Shown: piece by piece, positions 18,201-23,551 of the stretch | Position numbering within the stretch: the stretch's first letter is position 1 | How the letters are laid out: each line of letters begins with the position of its first letter | Source: a virus | Taxonomy: Duplodnaviria; Caudoviricetes | DNA length: 64,000 nucleotides | Virus record (IMG/VR): IMGVR_UViG_3300032038_000016 | Span: 66,668 to 130,667 of that record | Direction: 5' to 3' (one strand) | The notes under the pieces: model-generated | What the model was told of the DNA's origin: nothing | What the model saw: only the letters and a program-made list of their open reading frames with translations | Databases searched by the model: none | Made by a program: the position numbers and the translations under genes

Positions 18201-20405
18201 GCAGATGAAGAGGGAAGAAATGCACTAGGTGCAGGTTCTGATTTGGAACAGAATCCAAATTCTGATTATTGGGCACCGTATGTTTGGAACTTCTTAAAGA
18301 GTGAAGGTTTCTCGGATGCTGGTGCTGCTGGTGTTATGGGTAACTTCTATCGAGAGAGTTTGATGATTCCTTATTTGGCCGAAGGAAAGGGTTATTCACC
18401 GCCATATCAAGGATCATGGGATTACACATTAAAAGCCGATGCAGGTGGTAGCTTCGTTGGCGATAGTGTCGGTTATGGTCTAGCGCAATGGACAAACAGC
18501 TCAAGAAAACAAACATTACTGAATAATGCAAAATCAAACAATGTCTCAGTTGGTTCGTTAACAGCTCAATTTGCAACATTGAGAGAAGAATTAGCTGGTT
18601 CTGAAAAGGCTGCAGCATCCGTTAAAAACGATACAGATCCTGTTACGGCTGCGAGAAATTGGCAGAAGTTATTTGAAAGAGCCGGTGTTGTTGCACAAGA
18701 AGATCGTGATAATGCAGCAAAGAAATACTTTGAACAATTTAATGGTACAATGGGAACTGCTGCTAACGGTACTGGAGGACTGATGACTGGTGGCGGAGCA
18801 ATGCCAATGCTTGGTAACGGATATCAATTCAAGAATGATGAATATCTTGATATATGGGATGACACAGCAATGTTGCAAACTCCTGAAAAACGTGGATTTG
18901 GTAGAGCTACTAGAAATGGTGGATTTATCAATTATGCAACAGCTGCTGCTGGTGGCATCAAGAACAACTTCCAAGTTGATACAGACTTCTCACAAGCTAC
19001 ATTAGGTATCGTACAAGCTGGTGGATTATCCGGTGGAGGTGGTGCTGGCGGATACGGTGCTAGTGGCGCATTAGGCGGAACTGGTGTTACAGTATCTGGA
19101 AACGGTGGACAATTTGTCAATAGTTTAACAGCAGTCAATGTTGCTGCCAAATCTCAATTACAACGTACTTACGACGATAGTCATAGTTGGACAAAACTGA
19201 ATTTGAATGGAAAAACATTATCAGGTAAAGTAGACTGTACAGGTATGATCGAATTTGCATTAGATGATATGGGTTTGGAAAACTCATACAATTCAAATGC
19301 ATTCGTTAGTGCTGCTGCATCAAATCAATATCCAATTAAAGACAAAAGTGGAAATCAATCAACCGCATTTATATCCATGCCATTCAATAAAGAATCAGTA
19401 CAACTTGGTGATATTCTCGTTCGTAATGGACATGGTGAAGTTGCTGCTGGTGTGTATAATGGTAAGATTTATGGTTGGAACTGGGGAAATGATGATGATA
19501 TCGTTTATTCAGAAGATGTTTCCGAGAAGATTGCTGCTGGTGCAGATCCATTACAAGCATTTGTTGAAAATGGTCGTCCCACACTTGGTTCTCATACATA
19601 TATCATACGTCCGAATGGTGGTGGCGGTGGTGGTACATCATCAACACAAACAACAGATGAAGAAGCATCATCATTATCTGCAGCATTGGGTGTAACTGGT
19701 TCAGGTGATTATGATGAATCGATTCCAGCAATTGATACAAATAAACTTATAGGATTCACAGGAAGTACTATTAGTCCAGAAGGTTCTTATGAAGAATATT
19801 ATGAGCAGCAAGCATATGAATTGTACATGAGAGAGCATCCACAGAATAGTGGTGAATCTGATGAAAACTATGAGAAACGTTTACAAGCTGGATGGACTGA
19901 CGATGTAAAACGGAAGTACATGAAACGTGTTTCCAAGGATGACTTGAAGAATAGAAACAGTTCATTTATGCAATATGCACAAATCACAAAACCAGATCAT
20001 CCATCAATATTTGGAGACTATGATAAATCAACTGGAACATGGGATGATGCATTATTCAAACCTACTACCAATAAGACATCAATCATCAAAGCAGATAGAA
20101 CAATTAACAACACCATCACAAATGTAGATGATCCAAAACCACAAGTTGTAAATAACACGACATATCAGATTCAGAAATCTGATAAGACAGATAATGAAAG
20201 AATGGAACGTTTGATGAACCATACATTCAATGTATCTGCAAAACGTGTAGAAGATTTGTTAGAAAAGATCATTGACAAAATGGATACTATGACAGGAAAA
20301 AAAGAACCGGATATCACAGACGTATTGGGTTTGAACAATAACAATCAAAACCCATTCCCGAATGACGATATTCCGATGCAAATTCAAAGACTTTCAAAAG
20401 GATAA
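9285..20405 (+). CDS. Tape-measure / tail-associated multi-domain peptidoglycan hydrolase, 3706 aa
   Basis: SD aaggaggt. Amphipathic ~11-aa repeats (~12600-13400) and a Pro/Thr linker. C39-like peptidase (GCGP, NHYINV, SNP; ~15560-15990). M23 peptidase (HKGIDI, YAHM, HLHYQV; ~17770-18130). Phage tail lysozyme (GVMGNFYRES, GLAQWT, FERAG; ~18280-18740). NlpC/P60-like domain (DCTG, GDILV, GHGE; ~19230-19490). Confidence 0.9.
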   Translation: MPNDKKKRNILAQTAWIAKEAGKESFLNDYTSNISQLAQDTKMISETLMAGKTKVRDVFTDMKQNGGKKFADWFFDRGDEFSDGDLSTDSDSDFDAGFDIDNGGEDSGPPSQILDADSMKGIARGQVSAMYNIAGKQAEAAMMNASQITSEINGRASEIITSINNLNKSVISISEKLDSLLKLQSAVAEANAEQTSQLSEGGGKQRGIYNEQGKVTLGSFFNYQKQRVSDMSDTVKMFLDPAQWSPATVLSSLIDMTGVKDKKIFGKSNGEGEHKDDNKVSYNEMMKTINDTLDVTLEKYLTKATEPPAWLKKIPGFDLFGGFIEDLFRGDRGDARRQANDRQSYITDTYNTKEAKFDGIVRQSIVEIIPGYLQQIVGALTGEDFHVDRHGHLSNKKESDVEKMQSFDTSVYSRSALDSDDRSDFLKGLKAETYTVANKDGGTQTKKNPYIEKMTASATDAAMQSFMFWAIQYFTEEHPRMEVIHGLKTPEFWQYISKNMSANIDIPGWNKDVIKFYIAQLRYQITNNDKSNVHTARIIRQACEAETKAKESFYANAAAKGQIENVPDLTPQNISKLLASKQDLQIETSNFNEERQKAIEDINAKTEERLKNGAIDETVGDRKFHIDQSAPRIGALKEKYEKELAEYKQALLDSMESSMTGADGKKLNFSEWQKQLEKKGQEDTSKMDTMSGILSKDAPIPKFHANVIGRLDTIIDLLGSSKKGKSKVYTKYRQARDAELAAEEAARKEAENATTIDTGNNDNTNNDNTNDNNGGDNKGGNKEDDSGGDDDEPPPIVREDPGFAKEMKSTISQFDIKGGLKEIISAPFAAVSSLFEKAKKKITKSPEDQSSNGNSNDEDKEEEKKEKQEKEQAEDAAVVQAASSVSTNLSQDGESDSKEKSLISSALDHIKNPGLKKIVKSIHAKGADAITEAQEKADKKGGIIGKLFGSGGLLAIAGKKLMDFVKNFIAKPFINIVGKPFLQFLKDGISHGFKNVKEGFSELFNIKKKDPEQVKKETDEEKTRKTIQDIIPAWLGSIKEAIENIGKPKPEQPTGGTNNTQENTESDGQNQETWYDKLKAKASGVKTKIGEKLFGTENNRTKLGGFVDNVKKNPVIGAIGKILGPLGKIALGVGQIIASVVMGFAAVKSFSKFVTNVLTKSLKGLEKGVSKILNAVKPIVTIIGNFISKISDFASKIVDSLSGILGTLMGVVGRVLTTILDSLTPFFDAILTVLDTVVDIVTPILDIIIEALSPILDTLGEFLSSVGDIMKDVLAPFVEIIGELLVPVLKLVAPYFELVTSVLSTVAKFISGTLKTTVVPILKTIANAVGLVADGIKRIIGFGKKILGGLISGIGRLMKGVGTLTFNKNLKQKGDELIKAGGDKVQEGQEKMNAADESFGKRIEKQKEIDRSSILNKEKQHEVGNAAAKEIGNLAGKAINTIPIVNVTNAVMDTDIGGAIGKTGANVVNAGRDLYYGSKIPDVDPTKVTGSGDEAIEYQSGVLEEIRDYVAVVPEMLTTGFKIFKPIIQLIATGIKAIAAPITIIAKIISVIAAPYAKLFSKIGNLLFGKNDDEQSGDGIHQTETMPKNGAIPKIDNSKIGEINIDVRGSGDTDISSDTQELINVFKPVSDDVLDVLIDIRNALVGGIGGGTSGDGSGKGKSSLPGGLIDSRTGSMYSDSMTGAGFGASQGSNIALASTPGSTSEFQDNTEGTYGEKILNTGGLNGVISNIRDNSVSVLKSVKEDRLGIFPVLSASLSPISATLMSFFSAFVKVYLPTFASLVNDIAMPLLKQFVKYHDDYTDFQYKIQLPMLSSVRVNMVPKIQSLLAQLEVLLGAMQSGMGQILAGQGMILIALNQPAMGETLFKAAGGLAAAGLNVMMSGVTAQANLVSKQLDNTNQPISELYEPQGTPENNGEEEPSEEPTPENTPQTEPSNPTNPTPTPEPTPQDEPQTEPSNPTNPTPSNPDGTSPDTTPSPSPSPSPSSEPEPEPSPSPTPTPNTNPNTNPGQSPTPTPNTNPNTNPGQSPTPTPNTNPNTNPGQSPQIEPTPTPTPIPEPGTKPDTTPQPPPPVIDTNSVGYHPLTDVTGGGDSQGSYGGFMNMGKRGCGPLALADALVRRGSGNVDTRALTKSMAASGAYSQTRGTSVGGFINYARSMGVGYQIGGVTNNSLRRASPNNPITLVGSGGGFGTRNGNNHYINVIGTDGAGGAYVSNPMTGRIERRSVGDLTAGSIMGLYGSGDVEPYDIYDLYGNGPTTATSAIQVQTNYGSPSPYGTSTTVDGTRYSSSNATYNRISSNLASQIIAYVPSSTQEAINTAYKLWAANNKDHVQTYNTAAKWLAKQIQDGGTTGLYWPIFTDEEKAAVNGAVLKAIYDTKFKYGNVTSTETGESAGTLSGSTSGGLTQKEAAKRLAELKVSNPDLYNQLVEAYNMQVANGKLSPDSQPMDWWVAHNSGQFDPEKGNFETLVKLLSSSIISSYNKPGGSSGSEDGTSADGTSYASSGVSAGYSGAGIGYGVPGFTVIGVTNGASGTYKTQYSGKDDERYVAENVDPESLKKEAGNPYRAFAESMKKLQNVFNNILNIFTGGNNNKVRDVLEEEANKESEQTSREYLGNEAYEEYEPVAYKLYQDEHPQNANESDENYAKRLQGGWTDAVRRKYMKRVSKNDLKKTNGLYQTSMIDAANGVSSSTWGDYDKEQGLWTNSALGGINYNGVATVNGGIGSLMINSGVGGSSYAGGGTGALSGGATGTAANGGTMASGDGAIMDTSSYTQEITDVNIQAGATGMLQSPVHEFFSKTGGAAVEYASSGDQNWYVYRGGPLANNKGEGTTSDVHKGIDIWTIPKDKREGGAELHAITGGTVVDARGGGKRESDSSNNGGWGNTVAWTDSAGYKHRYAHMYEDPSVKVGDTIAPGQLLGHMGDTGYSRGSHLHYQVETASGQPVNPLTYFEYRAPSQPLTSNNSSYDSTSTVDADEEGRNALGAGSDLEQNPNSDYWAPYVWNFLKSEGFSDAGAAGVMGNFYRESLMIPYLAEGKGYSPPYQGSWDYTLKADAGGSFVGDSVGYGLAQWTNSSRKQTLLNNAKSNNVSVGSLTAQFATLREELAGSEKAAASVKNDTDPVTAARNWQKLFERAGVVAQEDRDNAAKKYFEQFNGTMGTAANGTGGLMTGGGAMPMLGNGYQFKNDEYLDIWDDTAMLQTPEKRGFGRATRNGGFINYATAAAGGIKNNFQVDTDFSQATLGIVQAGGLSGGGGAGGYGASGALGGTGVTVSGNGGQFVNSLTAVNVAAKSQLQRTYDDSHSWTKLNLNGKTLSGKVDCTGMIEFALDDMGLENSYNSNAFVSAAASNQYPIKDKSGNQSTAFISMPFNKESVQLGDILVRNGHGEVAAGVYNGKIYGWNWGNDDDIVYSEDVSEKIAAGADPLQAFVENGRPTLGSHTYIIRPNGGGGGGTSSTQTTDEEASSLSAALGVTGSGDYDESIPAIDTNKLIGFTGSTISPEGSYEEYYEQQAYELYMREHPQNSGESDENYEKRLQAGWTDDVKRKYMKRVSKDDLKNRNSSFMQYAQITKPDHPSIFGDYDKSTGTWDDALFKPTTNKTSIIKADRTINNTITNVDDPKPQVVNNTTYQIQKSDKTDNERMERLMNHTFNVSAKRVEDLLEKIIDKMDTMTGKKEPDITDVLGLNNNNQNPFPNDDIPMQIQRLSKG
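15270..15413 (+). repeat. Three perfect 48-bp in-frame tandem repeats (PTPTPNTNPNTNPGQS)
   Basis: Unit cctaccccaactcctaatactaatcctaatactaatcctggacaatct at 15270, 15318 and 15366. Confidence 0.95.
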
Positions 20406-20474
20406 AAAAGAAAAAAAAATATAAGACAGGCGAGGGAGAGGTATGTATCACCAATCTCCCTCATTCCGCCGGTC
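20406..20474 (-). terminator. Extended hairpin with long U-tract, possibly bidirectional
   Basis: Minus strand has a gagggaga...tctccctc stem, then ttatattttttttt. Lies between converging genes. Confidence 0.65.
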
Positions 20475-20482
20475 ATAATGTT

Positions 20483-20509
20483 GAGCAGTTTATAGACCTG
20501 CTCAGGTCT
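20483..20509 (-). ncRNA. Candidate compact H-type RNA pseudoknot in the 3' trailer
   Basis: AGAC-CU-GAGCA-G-GUCU-AUAAAC-UGCUC: AGAC/GUCU and GAGCA/UGCUC pair crosswise. Confidence 0.5.
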
Positions 20510-20528
20510 GTTCCAGAATCGTGTTGGC

Positions 20529-20903
20529 TTACTTTACTTCGTTATAGATGCTAACCAATTCGTTGCCGATGGTTGCATAGTCAGAGTAAGTAACGTTTGT
20601 GCTGTGGTGATGTCCTGTGAGAACTTCCAACATGTCACGGAGCTGCTTAGCCTCAGAGCCGTAGCCCTTAAAAGCTTTGCGAACTACATCCTGACCGAGG
20701 TCCCATGTGTCCATACCAAGTGTAGCGGCTCCCTCGACCATGTGCATGAGCATCACAAATGTCTGAGCATCCAGCGTAACACTAGATACCTCAACATTGC
20801 TCAGCAGACCATTCTTGTGGAACAGTCCATGGGAGTTAGCCTTTGTCAGCTCAACGCCGATTGCCTTGCCGTTTCTGTTTCTGAGAATTGTTACATGTGT
20901 CAT
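20529..20903 (-). CDS. Hypothetical early protein (stand-alone transcription unit)
   Basis: ATG 20903 after ggggaaagga. Higher GC and distinct codon use. Has its own promoter motif and terminator. Confidence 0.75.
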   Translation of the reverse strand: MTHVTILRNRNGKAIGVELTKANSHGLFHKNGLLSNVEVSSVTLDAQTFVMLMHMVEGAATLGMDTWDLGQDVVRKAFKGYGSEAKQLRDMLEVLTGHHHSTNVTYSDYATIGNELVSIYNEVK

Positions 20904-20956
20904 AATATTCCTTTCCCCTTTGAGCAATGCTCGCAGGCTACCATATGACGAGGTAG

Positions 20957-20985
20957 GTCGAGTTTCAAGCCGTCGACTCTAGGCT
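20957..20985 (-). ncRNA. Candidate compact H-type RNA pseudoknot in the 5' leader
   Basis: AGCC-UAGA-GUCGA-C-GGCU-UGAAAC-UCGAC: same architecture as 20483-20509. Confidence 0.45.
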
Positions 20986-21035
20986 AAATATAATATTTGA
21001 TACAGATTGAAGTATTTCATTCTCTCTGTTCATAT

Positions 21036-21046
21036 AAATTATATAT
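21036..21046 (-). promoter_or_regulatory. Putative early promoter ATATATAATTT
   Basis: Variant of the 12-mer at 21619 and 57548. Lies just downstream of a terminator. Confidence 0.5.
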
Positions 21047-21072
21047 ATATGAAAAAATAAAAAAAATAGAAG

Positions 21073-21091
21073 CCCGCCCCAATGGGGCGGG
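21073..21091 (-). terminator. Intrinsic terminator (CCGCCCC hairpin family)
   Basis: cccgcccc-aat-ggggcggg with a minus-strand U-tract. Confidence 0.85.
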
Positions 21092-21111
21092 ATACTCTTT
21101 AACATATTAAA

Positions 21112-21552
21112 TTACTTCTTGAATGCCTTGTTGTTACTCTTGATACGATATTCGTCATGTGCTTCTGTCACGGACTCGTAAGTCTCACCCTTGTGGGGGC
21201 CCATCTGGATTGTACCTGTGGATACGGATTCATCCTTGTGGATCAGCTTCAATGTTGCGGGAGCAGTCTTGTCATCAACCGCAGGCAAATTAATTGCACG
21301 ACCTGTCTCAGCCATATACTTAGCAATTGCATCGGGCATCTGTTCAGCCAAAGGTGTTACGTCAAAATCAGTAATTTCGTCAATGATGGCAAGCTCTGCT
21401 TCACAGCTGGGATAGTTAGCCTTCTTGATACCTGCCTTGAGTGTCTGGCGGAATGCCTGCTGGATCTCGGGGGTTGTACCACCCTGGTTGTTCACAGCCT
21501 TGTTGCCCCATTCGCACATAGCGGCGAGGGAATGTGTACGTTCAGTAATCAT
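21112..21552 (-). CDS. Divergent HU/IHF-like DNA-binding protein
   Basis: C-terminal half GRAINLP..TLKLIHK..TGTIQMGPHKGETYE..AHDEYRIKSNNKAFKK follows the HU beta-arm pattern. SD aggagg and strong codon bias. Confidence 0.55.
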   Translation of the reverse strand: MITERTHSLAAMCEWGNKAVNNQGGTTPEIQQAFRQTLKAGIKKANYPSCEAELAIIDEITDFDVTPLAEQMPDAIAKYMAETGRAINLPAVDDKTAPATLKLIHKDESVSTGTIQMGPHKGETYESVTEAHDEYRIKSNNKAFKK

Positions 21553-21618
21553 TGGAAAGTCCTCCTAATTAAATAGATTTTATTTATACAACACACCATA
21601 CGGGATGTCATACACTTG

Positions 21619-21630
21619 AATATTATATAT
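21619..21630 (-). promoter_or_regulatory. Putative early promoter ATATATAATATT
   Basis: Identical 12-mer at 57548-57559. Both lie upstream of non-structural genes. Confidence 0.55.
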
Positions 21631-21647
21631 GTGATTTAATAAAATAA

Positions 21648-21839
21648 TCACATTGAGATTGCACATTCTTGAATACCAATTGATGCAACTAAATCTTCTT
21701 CATGCATCTCTGATCCAGTCAGTAAGTTAATCACAATCATTCCTTTGCGGATAAACTTTAATACATCTTCTGTTGAAGCATTCATAAAGTCCGCAATATG
21801 ATTGTGTGACTGATCAAGAATCTGTACGTTGTAATTCAT
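21648..21839 (-). CDS. Small hypothetical protein
   Basis: ATG 21839 after agaggtga; 63 aa. Confidence 0.7.
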   Translation of the reverse strand: MNYNVQILDQSHNHIADFMNASTEDVLKFIRKGMIVINLLTGSEMHEEDLVASIGIQECAISM

Positions 21840-21906
21840 AGTAATCACCTCTTTTATTGTTTACTAGTACTGATTGTATCTCTCATGTTACTGTACATGT
21901 GGATAT

Positions 21907-22308
21907 TTATTCCAAATATGGTGTAAAGAATCCGACGATCATCCCATGTGTAATCGCCAGACTATCGATTGGAATCGGAACAATCTCTAAGATGACATAA
22001 TCATTATCAATCGCATAATAATGTTCATGAACGAATTGTGTCAATTTACTCCACATATTTGAGAATAAGTTTGGGTCTGTTTTTAAATCTAACATTTCTT
22101 GGAATGGATCTTGTAACAATAAGAAGTTTGTTAATTGCTGTTCTTCCATATCAAACCATGGGAACTTTGATTGAAAAGATCTCATTAAATATAATGTAAA
22201 CATATCCAGCAATTGTCGATTCAGATCACGATTTGTTTTTCGATAACATTCATAATACTGATACAGCATTAATGAACACATCTTCATTATCTCATGTGAT
22301 TGTATCAT
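21907..22308 (-). CDS. Hypothetical protein
   Basis: ATG 22308 after gggaggt. Confidence 0.7.
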   Translation of the reverse strand: MIQSHEIMKMCSLMLYQYYECYRKTNRDLNRQLLDMFTLYLMRSFQSKFPWFDMEEQQLTNFLLLQDPFQEMLDLKTDPNLFSNMWSKLTQFVHEHYYAIDNDYVILEIVPIPIDSLAITHGMIVGFFTPYLE

Positions 22309-22322
22309 AGTATCAACCTCCC

Positions 22323-22337
22323 TCAATTAAACAATAT
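22323..22337 (-). promoter_or_regulatory. Putative early/middle promoter ATATTGTTTAATTGA
   Basis: Identical 15-mer at 63896-63910 upstream of gyrB. Confidence 0.55.
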
Positions 22338-22360
22338 GTATGTGAGAGAATGTAAAAAGA

Positions 22361-22380
22361 AGTGGGCCAATTGGCCCACT
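22361..22380 (-). terminator. Intrinsic terminator
   Basis: Palindrome agtgggccaattggcccact with a minus-strand tcttttt. Confidence 0.85.
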
Positions 22381-22403
22381 CCTCTACTATATTAACAACC
22401 GTA

Positions 22404-23531
22404 TTAGAAATCCAAATCACCAGTATCCACAGGTGTGGGCTTTGGTGATGATGAACTACCACCACTATTATCACCATCATCAGAATCCGAAGATGATGGT
22501 TTGGGTGATGGCTTTGGTTTACCCTTTTCTTCTTGTTGTTGTTTACGTTCTGCTTCTCTTTGTGATTTCTTTTCCAAACGAATCTGATCTCTTTTCGCTT
22601 CTTCCTCAGCCATTGCACGAGAATCATAATGCTTGAGTTGTGCTTGAAGATTCTTCATTTGAATATTGTATTTCTTAATATTCTTTTGATATCTCATATC
22701 AATCAAGCTACTCTTTCTGCCGGGAGCTGCTTTGTACTCTTCGTATGCCTTCTTAGTTTCTTCGTACAAATCACAAGCATTCTTAAATTGTCTAACACGT
22801 TTGTCATAGTTTTCTGTTAATGTATGATTAATGTATGAAATGGGATTCAATATTTTTCGAACGCCAAAGATTTTACCGAATACATCACGGAAGAATGCAG
22901 TAATCGGAATGATTTCATGTGCTTGTACAAATGCTGAGAATGCAGTTAATGCAGAACCAATACCAGACAACAACGCACCTTCTTGCGTCATTCTAGTAGA
23001 TCCATGATAATTACGAATTGCGTTGTTATATGCAGCTTCCATATTACCATTAAACGCACGAAGGAATGCACGATTGTGTTCATTGGGCGTTGTCTTATCG
23101 GGAACATAGATAATACCATCCGGTGTTGCTTCTGTTGATGCGTATACCCTACCCATCTCACCAACTAACAAACGATATCCAGATGTAAATATAGCAGTAA
23201 ATGTGATATTTTTTTCATTGGGTTTTTTAATGAATTCCGAAACCATCTTCTTGTACAATGGCTTATGCAATGCATTAAACATATCTTGGAATTCCTTTGC
23301 TTCATTCTTTGGGAAACCCTTTAATGTTGATAATTCAGCAATTTGCTTTTCTAATATATCATAGACTGGGGATTTTGTAATATCCCCAGCCATTTTGTAT
23401 TCATCAGAACTTTTTTTCCCATAAATATCATCTAGCATCTTCGTCATAGCATAAAGCTCTTTTTCGATCGCGCTATCTGATGTCTCCATCTTGTCTTTTC
23501 TCTCTGTTATTTTATTTACAGAATATGGCAT
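22404..23531 (-). CDS. Putative virion head-associated protein with coiled-coil C-terminus
   Basis: ATG 23531 after gaggtga. Internal TQE|GA motif. Co-transcribed with 23552..25942. Confidence 0.7.
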   Translation of the reverse strand: MPYSVNKITERKDKMETSDSAIEKELYAMTKMLDDIYGKKSSDEYKMAGDITKSPVYDILEKQIAELSTLKGFPKNEAKEFQDMFNALHKPLYKKMVSEFIKKPNEKNITFTAIFTSGYRLLVGEMGRVYASTEATPDGIIYVPDKTTPNEHNRAFLRAFNGNMEAAYNNAIRNYHGSTRMTQEGALLSGIGSALTAFSAFVQAHEIIPITAFFRDVFGKIFGVRKILNPISYINHTLTENYDKRVRQFKNACDLYEETKKAYEEYKAAPGRKSSLIDMRYQKNIKKYNIQMKNLQAQLKHYDSRAMAEEEAKRDQIRLEKKSQREAERKQQQEEKGKPKPSPKPSSSDSDDGDNSGGSSSSPKPTPVDTGDLDF

Positions 23532-23551
23532 ATTAATCACCTCATATCAAA

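Noticed and set aside
20406-21110. tRNA or hammerhead ribozyme in the structured intergenic regions
   Set aside because: No cloverleaf or TTC-arm, and no CUGAnGA plus GAAA core in the right arrangement.
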